Assembly (NCBI RefSeq): GCF_000315625.1 | Contig: NW_005434501.1 | Location: 1-62,232 of the forward strand | Reading direction: 5' to 3' | Origin: Guillardia theta CCMP2712 | Lineage: Eukaryota > Protista > Cryptophyta | DNA length: 62,232 nt | Part shown: one piece after another, positions 37,517 through 50,330 of the stretch | How the letters are laid out: the number at the start of each line of letters is the position of its first letter | Numbering within the stretch: the stretch's first letter is position 1 | Notes under the pieces: generated by a model | The model's input: the letters and a program-made list of their open reading frames with translations, nothing else | What the model was told of the DNA's origin: nothing | Database searches by the model: none | Translations under genes and position numbers: made by a program

Positions 37517-40500
37517 ATGGCGGATGAAAGTCTTGCTCATGGCATAAGCGACTTCTCCGTGCCAGGTTGATGAGTTGTCGGTTGGTTGAAGCTGCTAATA
37601 CGCCATAGCGATGCGAGACTCCGTTGTGATTCAACTTCGAATGCGAGACAAGAAGGAGAGATCGCCGTGAGTATCATCTCAATCATCTCAATCGTCTCAA
37701 TTATCTCGATCATCTCGATCATATCAATCATATCATTCATATCAATCATATCAATCATATCAATCATATCATTCATCTCAACCTTCTCCTTCACTACCAC
37801 CATCAGTCAAATTTCATTCTTACACTGCTCACAGTTTCGAGGACTTGATCAGGAGCAGAACGGTACTTCAAATCGTTGGCTGAGCTGTGTGACGTCTAAA
37901 CAAACTTGCAGAAGCTGCTAAATGAGAACATGATGCTGGAAAACACCCAAGTGAGAACAAGCAGGAGACTGTAGAAGCTCCTCAAACACTTGCAGGCGAA
38001 TCTGTCGAAACAAATTTCAATCCAAACTGAAGAATTGAGGCAGCTTCGGGAGGTACTCCTCCTCCTCCATCTCCCCCTCCTCGTCCTCCATCTCCCCCTC
38101 CTTCTCCACTCCTCCTCCTCCTCCTCCTCCTCCTCCTCCTCCTCCTCCTCCTCCTCAATCTGCAACATGTCCTTATTTCTGGGGGTGCAGGCCTCTGGCA
38201 TCGAAGGAGGAGGAAGCCGATGTCAGAAGTGTGCGGGCATGCAGGTTAGTTACTGTTATGCCATCCAACCACATCCCATCCCATCCCATCCCATCCCATC
38301 CCATCCCATCCCATCCCATCCCATCCCATCTCATCTCATCTCATCTCATCTTGTTTGTCGATGATTGTGATGTAGGACGAGCTGACCAGAAACTTAAGAG
38401 AGAAGGCAGACGACAAGCAGCAAATCTTGAAGCTGACGCAGCAGGTTGCAAACAACGGCAGGAGACGTTGAGTTGCTGAGATGATATTTTACAGGTGAGG
38501 GATCAGCAGGGTGTAATCGAGAAGATGAAGATGGATATGAAAGAGATGGAGAATGTAAGAAGACTTCTTCTTCTTCGCGCATTCACATGTTTGAAAGACG
38601 ATTCGGTCCATGAGGGATGAACAGAAATCCGCGCTGGTGAGAACAGGGACAACTGGAGGATGTGAGATAAACTGCTAGTGCAGGTCAAGATCAAAGATTT
38701 AGAAGCATCTCTCCAAGTTGCTGTCGAAGAATGCGGAGCTCGAACTGTCAGTACATTTCCTGTCCTTTGGTGTATTGAACTAGTTCTCTTGTTTCTTCCT
38801 TGTCTTTGTCCTCCTCCTCCTACTGCTCCTGATGTTCCTCTTCGCTTCTTCTTCATCCTGTTTCTCTTCCTCCTCCTGTCCCTCCTCTCTCCTCTTCCAC
38901 ATCTTCACCGTCCTATCTTGCCATGACTGCTCAACAGATCGAGATCGATCGCCTCAAGCCGGAGCTGCACAAGATGCAGACAGAGAACTTTGTGATAACG
39001 AGGAGACGAGGAAGGGAAACTGACCAGAGCAACAGGACCTGGTGAATGAGCTGCTGAAGCTCAAGGGGCAGGTGAAGACAAGGGGAAAGGGGAGAGGAAA
39101 GCGCGTTAGGCGAGAACAGATGAGATGGAGCAGGGATGGGAACGCAGAAATATTTCCAGAGGAGGAGGGAGAGAAACGATAGAAGAGGACGGAGGGAGGG
39201 ACAAAGATGGAGGAGAAGGAGGTGCAGCAACAGCAGCATGAGGAGGAGGAGGACTTGTAGAGTTTCTGATGGAAGTCTGTCAGATGGCGGACAAGTACAA
39301 CGAGATTCACAGCCTGATGGAGGAGGTGGAGCTGAAGAAACGAATGTGAGAAGAGCGAGTGAGAGGAGGGCAGGAGTGATACCTTCCTGCAGAGCCGAGG
39401 CTGTAAACAGCAGCAACGTCCCTGCAAGCTCTGAGGAGAAGGAGGAGGCGATGGCTGCGTGCGAGCCAGTTTCCTTCCTCTGGTAAGAAGATAAATGCTG
39501 TTTCTTCTCCCTCTTCACATTGTATTGCTTCAGCACCCCCTACCACCTTTCCTCTCCCTCCCCCTCCCTCCCCCTCCTCCTTCACCACTTCCTTCTCCTT
39601 CACCTGCTTCCTACCCCGCTCCCCATTTTCTCCTCTGATCGCCCTCCCTCTCTTCTCTCCTTTCTCTCCCTCTTCTCTCTTCTTGTCCTCCTCCTCTTCT
39701 CTCTTCTTGTCCTCCTCCTCTTCTCACGTGAACTTCAGTCGACTGCCGCAGCGGGCAAAGCAAACCATCATCGCGCACGAGAGGAGCGAGATCCATGCGC
39801 TGGCGCACAACAGCAGCGGCGCCATGCTGCTGACAGGAAGCGACGACAGAACGATGAAGGTGGAGAGAAGGAGGAGAAGGAGGCGTATGCGGGGTGAGAG
39901 GGGAGAAGAAGTTGGGAAGCTGTGTGAAGAGGAGCAGGAATCAGAGGAGGCGGGGGGGGAGGAGACGAGACGAGACGAGACGAGACGAGACGAGAGGCTG
40001 AGGGTTACCTCAGCTTTGGGACGCGAGGACCCTGTCTCGCATGGCAACATTTCAAGGGGCAATCAAGGTGAGCAGCTGAGGGTGGAGGAGGAGGTGGGGG
40101 AGGAGGAGGAAAGTGAAAGGGGAGAGGAGGAGGAAAGTGAAAGGGGAGAGGAGGAGGTGATGAATGGAAGGAGAGGGAGGGGATGAAATGAAGCAGTAAA
40201 TGCTTGATGCAGGCAGTGATGTGTGTTGCATTCTCAAACGATGGAAATTACGTTCTAGGAGCAAGGTAAATTCCTCCACCACCTACTGCCCTTCCTCTCC
40301 CTCTTACTCTTATTCTTACTCTTACTCGTCCTCGTCCTCTTCCTCGTCCTCCTTTAATTCTGCTTTCACTTCTTGTCGCATCTGAATTTTTTCACTTCAG
40401 TGGCGATTTCGCTGTTCGTTTGTGGTCGCTCAAGACGAAACGAATCTTGCATACTTTGACTGGACATCAGAGCAAAATCTACACTGCCGGTGTTCTCGCC

Positions 40501-41571
40501 TCCTCCTCCTTCTCTCCTCCTCCTCCTCCTCCTCCTCCTCCTCCTTCTCTCCTCCTCCTCCTTCTCTTCCTCCTTCTTTCTTTCCTCTTCTCTCCTTCCT
40601 GCTCCTCTGCTCCTCACTCCCTCAACCTCCCATCTCTTCCTCTCTCCTCTCTCCTCATCATCCTCTCAGGTTTCACTCCGGACTCGCGTTACGCATTTTC
40701 GGGTGGATATGACAGAATGATCAAGTGACCTCCTCCTCCTCCTCCTCCTCCTCCTCCTCATACTCCTCCTCCTTCTCCTCCTCCTCCTCCTCCTCATACT
40801 CATACTCATACTCCTCCTCCTCCTCATACTCCTTCTCCTCCTCCTCATACTCCTCCTCCTCACACTCCTCATACTCCTCATCCTTCTCCTCCTCCTCATA
40901 CTCCTCCTCCTCACACTCCTCATACTCCTCATACGCCTCCTCTACTCCTCCTCTACTCTTGCTCCTCTTTCCTCCCTTCTCTCTCTCCTTCTCCTCCTCC
41001 TCTCCTCGTCTTTCTCACTCTTCCAAGGCTGTGGGACCTGCATGAAGGTCTTGTGTCGAAGACTATCGCCTGCTCGTCGAGCTGTGAGATTTTCTATCCT
41101 CCGTAGCAGCCTCTGACATTGAATCCTCCTCTTTGACTTTCTCTTACTGTGCTCCTCGTCCTTGTCCTCGTCTTCCTCCTCCTCCTTCTCCTTCTCCTCC
41201 TTCTCCTCCTCCTCCTCCTCCTCCACCACCACCACCACCACCACCACTTTCTTCTCGCTCATGTTCCCTTTTTCCTCATCAGGCAATGATGCTGTTGTCA
41301 CTCAAGAGGTGGGAAGATGAATTCAAGTTTGGGAGGGAGGAGAGGGAAGGAGAAGGGGAAGGATCGGAGAAGGAGGAGGTCAGGAAGGGAGTGGACGAGG
41401 ACGAGCACGAGGAGGGGGAGGAAGATGAAGAGGAGAAGGAGGGAGACGATGGGGATGGGGGTGAAGGTTTTGACGGAGTGGCAGGGGAGTGTGATTGTTA
41501 GTGTTCACCTTGACAACTCCATCCGCTTATGGGACTTTCGAACTGGAAGTTTCGAGCATGAGATGACTGGG
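37517..41571 (+). CDS. ATG16: Autophagy protein ATG16L (ATG5-binding helix, coiled coil, WD40); 3' end lost at gap
   Basis: Spliced N-terminus VVIQLRMRDKKERSPFEDLIRS, coiled coil, LLTGSDDRTMKLWD, HTLTGHQSKI, SGGYDRMIKLWDL, KTIACSSSCND, SVHLDNSIRLWDFR. Confidence 0.9.
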
Positions 41572-41641
41572 TGCCCCTTTACCTCCTCCTCCTCCTCCTC
41601 CTCCTCCTCCTCCTCCTCCTCCTCCTCCTCCTCCTCCTCCT

Positions 41642-41926
41642 NNNNNNNNNNNNNNNNNNNNNNNNNNNNNNNNNNNNNNNNNNNNNNNNNNNNNNNNNNN
41701 NNNNNNNNNNNNNNNNNNNNNNNNNNNNNNNNNNNNNNNNNNNNNNNNNNNNNNNNNNNNNNNNNNNNNNNNNNNNNNNNNNNNNNNNNNNNNNNNNNNN
41801 NNNNNNNNNNNNNNNNNNNNNNNNNNNNNNNNNNNNNNNNNNNNNNNNNNNNNNNNNNNNNNNNNNNNNNNNNNNNNNNNNNNNNNNNNNNNNNNNNNNN
41901 NNNNNNNNNNNNNNNNNNNNNNNNNN
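41642..41926. other. Assembly gap
   Basis: Run of N adjoining (CCT)n. Confidence 1.
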
Positions 41927-41959
41927 AATTTCGGACGCGGCAAAATTTCTGTATGACCA

Positions 41960-42064
41960 GAGTGGAGACTTGCTGGTTCAAACATACAAGGATGAGCGGA
42001 GACTTGGTGGTTGAAACATACAAGGATGAGTGGAGACTTGCTGGTTCAAACATACATGGATGAG
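41960..42064. repeat. 34-bp tandem repeat, 3 copies
   Basis: GAGTGGAGACTTGCTGGTTCAAACATACAAGGAT with few substitutions. Confidence 0.9.
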
Positions 42065-42270
42065 GGAAGAGTATGGGATACAATTTAAAGTTTTGATCAT
42101 CTCTTGCTGATGATAGCAGTGCATTTACATGGGAAAAGCGAAAGCAAGCAAGAGAACCTCCTCCTCCTCCTCATCCTCCTCATCCTCATCCTCCTCCTCC
42201 TCCTCATCATCATCATCTCCATCTCCATCTCCATCTCCATCTCCATCTCCATCTCCATCTCCATCATCAT

Positions 42271-42330
<60 letters not shown>

Positions 42331-42921
42331 CTGTCCTTGTCCTCTTCCTCCTGGCTTTTTTCTCCCCGCTTTCCTTTGCCTTCCCCATCCTGTTCTTTCT
42401 TCCTCTTTCTCGTCCTTTTCCTCCTCCTTCCGGTCCTTTCTCTCCTTCCTCCTGGTCTGTTTCATCCTCTTGTCTTTCCCTCCTGCGGTGCATCTACGTG
42501 CTGAAGCCGAGAAAGATCATCTGAGAGTGACACGACGGAGAAACGAGCGCAGAGGTATATGTCGACGCCAGGAGTGAGGGCGACTGGGTGGACAAGGAAC
42601 AGGAGGAGGATGACGAGAGGGTTGAGTGGAAGATGGAGACTGGAAGTAGGAGGAGGAGAAGCGAATGCGAAGGAGGATGATGCAATGCATGATTCTTCAA
42701 TGGAGCATTTACTGCAACAGCCAGCACGAGGTACATCTGCGATTGAGCTTCTACATACCACAGAGCTTCGGCGCCTTCTCATTGAAAACGTTCTGAATCT
42801 GCATAATAGCGTCAACTCCTCATCATTATCATCATCATCATCAACAACAACATCATCATCATCATCATCGTCATCATGATCTTGGCTGTTCTCCCTCCCT
42901 CCCCTCCTCCCTCTCGCCCTC

Positions 42922-45900
42922 TCACCTCAGGCTCCCACAACGACGCCGGGATGTAGTTGAGCTTGCCAACCCACCCGTACGGGATCCTGTCTGCTCCAGC
43001 TGTCGGCGCCACCTGCAGGTACTTGAGCATCCCCGTCTCTTCCCTTCCCAACCTTCAAACTCCTCCTCCCTTTCCTCCTCCTCCTTGCCTTGCTGCCTTC
43101 CCCTTCCTCCGCTCCCTACCCTCTCCCCCATCCCCCTCTCCCTCCTCCCTCCCCTCCTTCCGCCAGCGTCTTCTCCTCCCTTGTCTGCCCTGTCCTCTGC
43201 CTCCCTTCTCCTTTCCCATCCCATCCCTGTCCCCTGCCTTCCCTCCTGTCCTCCCCCCTCTCTCTCACCAGGTAGATCGCATCCTCCTTAGTCGCCACGT
43301 AGACCGCGCTGTCCGGCAGCACCATGCTCGCGTCCTTCCTCAGCACTCCTTCGACCCCCAGCCAGAGGCTGACGTCCTGGCCCTTCTTCATGATGGAGAT
43401 GAAGCTCCAGCCGTCCTTGGAGATGCCCGTCGTTGACCTGCTCGTTCCCTCACCTCTGGAGAGCACAGGGAGGGAATGGGGAGGCGGAAGGGGAGCAGAG
43501 CAGAGTAGGAGGAAGTGCACGCCAGAGACGGGGCAGAAGGAAAGAGAGAGGGAGAGAGACAGAGAGGGAGAGAGAGAGACAGAGAGAGAGAGACAGAGGG
43601 ATGAAGAACGCGAGAAAGATGAGAAGCAAAGGGGAGAGGAAGAAAAGGAAGAGAGTCGAGGAGGAGGCGGATGGAAGAGGAGGAGGCAGAGGAGTAGAAA
43701 CAAGAGGACGAGGGAAGGACAAGATGATCCGGACCTCAAGTCTTGTCCGGCTACCGTAGCGATGATGGGGAGCAGCGCGATGTCTGCGCTCTCGCAGTTC
43801 GTCATGTCCACCTCCAGCGCCACCGGCTCTGCGTCGTAGTTGACCTCAGTGGGGCCCTTGTACCTGCAGATCCATCACACGTAGAAGAGCAGGTGAGGGC
43901 TGCAGAAGCAGGAGCAGCAAAGAAGAGCCAGGGAAGAGCCAGGAGCACGAAAGCACAGGCAGGAAGCAGCAGTAGGAACGAACTGGGAGTCGTGAAGGCA
44001 ACAGGAAGGGCTTTCAAGTACTCACAGGATGCTGTGCACGGAAAGCTCCTTGCAGCTCTTGGAGGGTCTTGGCTTGTACCAGAGAGTGATGGCGAAGTTG
44101 TTCGCGTTCTCGTTGTCCCAGAGACTGGCGAGACAAACAAACGTCAGTGCCTCCCAGTAACCAACGGGCGGAGATACGAAACACTGACGCAAGTCGTGGC
44201 TGCTGTCTCCCCCTTCCACACTACCCTCTCCTCCTCCTCCTCCTCCTTCTCTCTCCCTTGACTTACTCAGGTCGGTACTTGATCGCAGGAAAAATCGACG
44301 ACGCCTTCACGTTCACGTTGACGCAGCTGCCGTCGCCGTCCGCAGGCACAAGAGGAATGATACGAGCCTGTCCATGTCTCAGGCTTGCCCTCATCCTGCA
44401 ACCTCGTCCGCCTGCCCTCTTTCTCCATGCCCGTTTCTTCTTCCTGCTCTGTACCTTCACTCTTCTCACTCCTCTCTACCCTTGTCCCTGTCGTCCTCAT
44501 CCTCCTACCTTCACGAGATTCCAGTGCGCACTCATCCTGCACACATCCGCGTCCACACCGAGCGAGCAATCGAGAAGGCACTTGCAGATGACGTTGGTCT
44601 GCGCGCAGTCATCACACTCTCTCTTCTCCTCCTCTTCCTCCCCTCTCCTTCTCTTCGCCCATCTCTCTTCCTCCTCCTGCCCCTCTCCTCTTCACGTGCC
44701 ACCCACCTTAGGGTGGTTAGGAAGACACTTGGCGTGGCACTCAGTCTCTCGCTCCTGCATCGTCCATGTCTGCAGTATCTTCGTTATCATCTCCACCTCT
44801 CCCTCTCCTCTTCCCCTCCCACCGCCCCCTTCTCTCCCTCCTCACATGCTGTGTCCCGTCGGCATTGCGGGTGATGACGTTCTGCCAGGTGATGCCGACA
44901 GTCGGGCTCTTGGTGATTCCCTGCGCCCAAGCATTGAGCAAACCTGCCAGCCTCCGCCTCTCCTCCACTCTTTCTCTTCGTTCTCCTCCATTTTTATCCC
45001 TTCACTCATCCTCCCTCCCTCCCTCCTCCCTCACCTTCTGTGCGCACTCCGGAGACCCGTCCATGCATTCCTGATCTCTGTCAGCCCCTTCGTATTCCCT
45101 TCTCCTTCCCCTTACCTGGCACATCTTGGAGAATCCAACAGCGTTGTTGCTCACAATACCGCCAGCCAGCATGCTGTCGTCCTCCCTCGTCATGCCCTCC
45201 CTCCTGGATCCTTTCCTCTTCCTCTCTACTCACATTTTCTTCTGTGCCGGCGTGAGCACTCTCCACTCCTTCCTGAACAGCATCTGCCCACATCTCCTCA
45301 GATCCTCCTCCTCTTCCTTCTCCTCCTTCAACCTGCTGCTCCACTCGAAGGTGATCCGGTCTCTCCCCCTTGTACGGCATGACGTCAAGCTCGGCCGCTG
45401 TTCCCAAACTGTCAGTCTCCTGCTCACATTCTCCTCCTCCTCCTTCTGCTCCTTCTCCTCGTGCTCACCGGCCAGACCCGTCAGATGCTTCTTCTTCAAT
45501 CCACGCTCAATCACTCCCTCCTGTACACATCCGTCACACTGACGTCATGCTCTTCCCCAGCCTCAGTAACCTTGGCCATCTTCTCGAACAGACGCCTCCG
45601 CATCTTAGCAGTGTAGGGATCGACTTCCTGCTCTGCATGTCAAACCTTCATGCCCCATGCTACTCTGTCCTCTTGGTCCGCTGCTGCGCATCATCACCTT
45701 GAACGCTCTCAGTTCATCCGCTACAGTCCAGTTGGTGTTGTGGAACACGTTTCCGTACTGCACAGCATTCAGCGTGAGGTCCTCTTTCCGCCTTGTCTGA
45801 TCTTTGTCCGATCTCTCACCTTGTCTCTGGTGATGGCAAGAATGGGAAGGCTACCTCGCGCAGCAACACTCTGCTTTGTGATCCTGTTGGTCCAGTCCTG

Positions 45901-46945
45901 CCAACGAGTACCTCAGGGTCTTCTCCCTCCTTCCTCCTTCATTCACTCCCTCACCAGCCGGTATGTCGGGTTTGAGAATGCTGAATGCGACGAGCCCTCG
46001 ACCCACCACCTGTGACGCAATATGTTCACAAAGACAACCTTAAATCATCCAGCCAGATGAGCTCGCACGAGCCACCCTTCTCATCTCTACTTCCTGTAAT
46101 CTTCCCCTTCGTTTGTTTCTACCTCCTTCAACATTCACTCTGCTATCCTCCCCCTCTCTGCCGCTATTCCACCTCCTCCCTGCACTGTCCCCCCCTACTT
46201 CCATCTTTCGGACTCCGAGCATACATTTCAGACGGCGAGATCGAATCCCAGTCATCATCAGCGTTGTTGTCAAAGTTTGCGAACAGTCCCGTCATACTAC
46301 GTGAAAGTCAATGTTGTCAAGCTACTTTCCTTGTCCCCACCTCAAGCCCGAGCTCCAGCGTCCTGGAGCCTGGAAGTAGACATTGTGGTAAATTCCATTT
46401 GGCAACGGACTTCCCCATCCGCACTGTTGAATAGCTTACGAACGTCTTGCTCCTGACACTACATGGATTTACCTGGTCTGCCGACGCAACAGCTCCGTCG
46501 GCGCCAACAAAGTCGTTGAACCAAACATAGAAAGAGCTCCCACTGCAGATAATCGTTTAGCGTACTTCTCACTTCCCTCACCTCTGCTACTTACGTGACT
46601 TGAAAGCTTGTATAGTCATTCAGACTCTGGATTTTGTTGTACTGGTACTGTGCTCCCTGGGTCCACAGCTCTCCATTCACCATCATCTGCGGCCAACAAC
46701 ATGTTCATATCCGCCATACTTTCGTCATAGGCAAGCTTACGTGTTCCGTTCTCCAATCAGACCGGAAAATGATGTTGTAATTCTTCGTGATGATCGCTAT
46801 CCCGATGTTGCATCTAACGTTGGGGTTCGGGCAGGGCATCTAACACGAGCTTGAGTTAGAGGAGGCGACCAGAAAAGATATGAAGATATTCGATGTCAAG
46901 GCGCAAGCACGTGCCTGTTTGTTCTGAAGCTCGATGCTGTTCATG
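42922..46945 (-). CDS. Large hypothetical multi-exon Cys-containing protein; ends uncertain, may be two genes
   Basis: Many complex exons flanked by GT/AG on the minus strand (CAQTNVICKCLLDCSLG; GWSFISIMKKGQDVSLWLGVEG; IPYGWVGKLNYIP). Confidence 0.55.
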
Positions 46946-47133
46946 TGGCGAGCAAGAATGAACTCTCCGGTGTGTTGATAGTCAAAGGAAATTCTGTATG
47001 CAACCATGAGACGTTAAGGCAAAGCAAAAAGCAAAAGTGACATGACTTCATGAATATGGCACGAGTAACATGTTTTCACATCAAATGCTCAAGCAAGCAC
47101 ATTATCGCTCTGTGAACACGCACCCGTCGAAAG

Positions 47134-49367
47134 TCAAGTAGTGAGGATCTCCAACTGCATGTGCCGTGCGCGATGATCGGCCCGTCGCGCACTCGCTCTC
47201 GTCTCCCCCGCACAAGCCGCAGGCGTCGATGCTCTTGGGAAAAGAGCCGTCAGTGGGCGAGATGCCATCACATCCACGTCCGGGAATTCCCCTGCGCCCG
47301 CAATGTCACCGCCTATTATCCGCATCCTGTGCCCCCGACACTTACCGAGATCCTTGGGGTCCTGGGCTTCCCTTTTCACCGTCCGCTCCGTTGGGCCCGA
47401 TGTATCCGACTTGACACGTCATCAGCATGATTCAAGCCTCGTCCACTCTGTCATACCGGGCCCTCGATCGCCCTTCGCACCTTTCGGACCAGGAGATCCC
47501 TGAGGACCTTCGTCTCCTGGAGGCCCAGGCTGCATACAAGGTCATCTACCAGCCATCTCTAATTCCCCAGCCTTTCGCAGGACAACACACTTCTGAGATT
47601 CATCGACACACACATACACAGATACACACAAGAAAACGAAAGAAGATACAACAATGATCAAAAACAAAAAACAAAAAACTCTCTGACATTTCCTATCCAC
47701 TGCTTGCTTGGCACCAATGTCGCCACTATCTCTACCACTTCCTCCATGTACAAGATCTTGTGTCTCACCTTGCCAACCGGAGGCCCAGGTGGTCCACGAG
47801 GTCCTTCTGCTCCAGTCGCTCCTGGAGGTCCAGGAACGCCAGCAGATCCAGCCTTCCCTTCGTTTCCACGATCTCCAGGAGCTCCTTCCTGACCAGGTGG
47901 GCCCGGAGGACCTGGTTGTGCTTGTCAAACAAGTTCCTCTTCAACAGCTTCTCCCTCGGCTACCTGGTACCCCTCGTGGTCCACGCAGCCCGTCTTCACC
48001 AGCAGCACCATCCACTCCCTTGGGTCCTCGGGGTCCCTCAGGCCCGGTCTCCCCCTTCGACCCTCTCTCTCCTGCAACCCTCGTCACACACGCCCCATCC
48101 AGTACCCAGATCATGCACCAAAACTCCACCCCTCCTTACCTGTTGGCCCTTGTGGTCCTTCAGAGCCGACGGGTCCCTCCGGTCCGCGGAAGCCTCTTGG
48201 TCCCTGTGCTCCTTGCTGCCCTTTTGTCCGACCTGCCCGGCCCTCAGCGCTTCTTGCGCCTTATGCACGGCATGATAGCCCTCATCGGAGGCTTCTCCCT
48301 CCACGGCCTCCCTTCTCCTCCGACCTAGTCCTTACATCCTCTTTCTCTCTCCTGCTCGTGCTCCCCCTCCCCCCCTCCGTTGCTTTCGTCTCCCTCCCTC
48401 CCTCCCTCCCTCCCTCTATCGCTCACCCGCATGATGATGTCGACTGGGATCTTCTCCTTCTCCACCTTGTCGATGCTCCGCTCAAACGCTTCCGCCACTT
48501 CCACGTCGTTCGAGAGATCCGTGATCTGACCCCAACACGTCACCCTTCCCTCCTCCCTCGCTCCTCCTCCTTTCCCTCTCCGGTACCTCCGTCTCAATGC
48601 TGCTCGACTTCATGCATGGACAGCTCGAGCATGGACCAAAGAACGCGCTCTGCCACCAACCCACCAACGTCACATACCCTCCCCTCTCCTTCCTCCCCGC
48701 CATCTGCGCACCTCTCCCACTTGCTCCAGCATCGTGGCTGCCTTCACGCGAAACTCCGGCGCTGACTGGGAGCAGTCGCAATGGCAACCATTCTTTCCTT
48801 TCATCGTCTTGGCATACTTCTGAGACAGCGCATGGTTTGCCGACAGGTCCATCTGGATCTCCTGGTCCAAGGCCGCTATGTCTTTCTTCGCCTTCCCCAT
48901 GTTGGGAAGACTCAGCAGCGAAGACCGATGCTCAGTTCTCAACAACATCAAGCCAGCCATTGCGCAAAGGCCGAGCGTCGCTCCAACCAGCGACCATGAT
49001 ACGAGTCTCCTGCTCAGGCCCATCACATCGCCCCTCGAGACATTTACCATCAAAAAGACTCCCCTCACGAAACAGCATGTACCTCACAAGACTCCTCCGC
49101 TGCATACTCCTATCATCCCATGCATCCACACCCTTCTCCTCCTCATCCACCTCCTCCTCACCCCCATCGCCTGCGAGAGCTCACTGCATCTCCAAACAGA
49201 CATCTTCCAAGCTCTCTCCCTCCCTCTCGGTTCGTTGATTTTTCCTGCCCTCAAGAGCCATCCCATGCTCTTCCATGACATTCTTCTTCGCCTCCTCCTC
49301 TTCCTCACCTTGTCTTCGGCGGCGCTGCATCGACGGGTGCGCCGCTGGTGCCGTAGAGGCGCGGCAT
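47134..49367 (-). CDS. Collagen-like (Gly-X-Y) protein with N-terminal membrane anchor; ends approximate
   Basis: [72 protein letters not shown] exons; upstream [24 protein letters not shown]. Confidence 0.85.
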
Positions 49368-49569
49368 GCCCGAAGAGGCGCGATGGCTCCGCGTTGAATC
49401 GACCCCTACCCACCCTTTCGTCTGAGACCAAGGACCCGTCCAAAATCCCTGGTCATGACTTGCAATCAATGGTGGGGGTGGGGAAATATTGCATATATAT
49501 ATATCCGATATGGTACAAATTAAAGGTACCGCAATCTGTACCGTATCACCTACGGATCTCGAATCAGTT

Positions 49570-50330
49570 TCGGACAAAGTTCAAGAGTCAAGGGATGCCG
49601 CGTGCGGTATGAGGGTTGCCGCTGTGCTGAGATCTCCGGGCCCGGAACTTCGGAACTTCCGAATGGCCACCGTGACCGTGACTCTCACGGGGCCGCGCCG
49701 CCGGCGCCGTCCGATCGCACCGGGCGCCGCGATTCCGACCCACTGGGCCACTCAGGACCGCCCGGCGTGACAGTGAGCCGCCGCGGCACTGCTGACTCAG
49801 TGAGCAGCACTGAACTTAGTTGTTGACAGTGTGCCGCGGTGGCACGGTCAGTGCGAGTGGTGAAGCCCGGACTGAGTCCGCCGGGCCCGGCGCGACTCTC
49901 GGCGAAGGGCCGCCAACGCGCGGCCGGTCGGATGATTCACGACAGTGTGCCAGATCACGCCTGTCCGATCCGATACAGTCTGGCCGCCACAGGCTGTCAC
50001 GCCGGCAGGCGGCCGCGGGCCCTTCATCGGTGATCCGGCGGCGGCCGCGGGCCGCCGGGACGCCGCCGCTGAGTGATCGGACACTCCGAGCCGGGCTCGG
50101 CCCGGCCGCGGCCCAGCCCCGCCGCCCGGCCGGGCCGCGGCCCGGCCGGGTCCTTGCCAGTGTGCATGGCGCCGGGGCCTGTACGCCGACGGCCCCGAGT
50201 CCCGGACTGACAAACCGTTGAACTGGCCGGGCCGGGCAAGCACTCAGTATCCCTCCTCGACTCTCCTGATTGTCCTCGTACTGATCTTTAACTTAACTTT
50301 GAGTAAAACTGAGAGCGTGACTCTCGGAAC
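49570..50330. promoter_or_regulatory. CCGG-rich intergenic island
   Basis: Same word composition as 19990-21250; ends in an exact reverse-complement copy of the 29-bp motif (50279-50307). Confidence 0.5.

Noticed and set aside
41960-42064. CRISPR-like 34-bp repeats
   Set aside because: Contiguous tandem copies with no unique spacers
41317-42083. ORFs spanning N runs (also 57580-58908)
   Set aside because: Artefacts of translating assembly gaps
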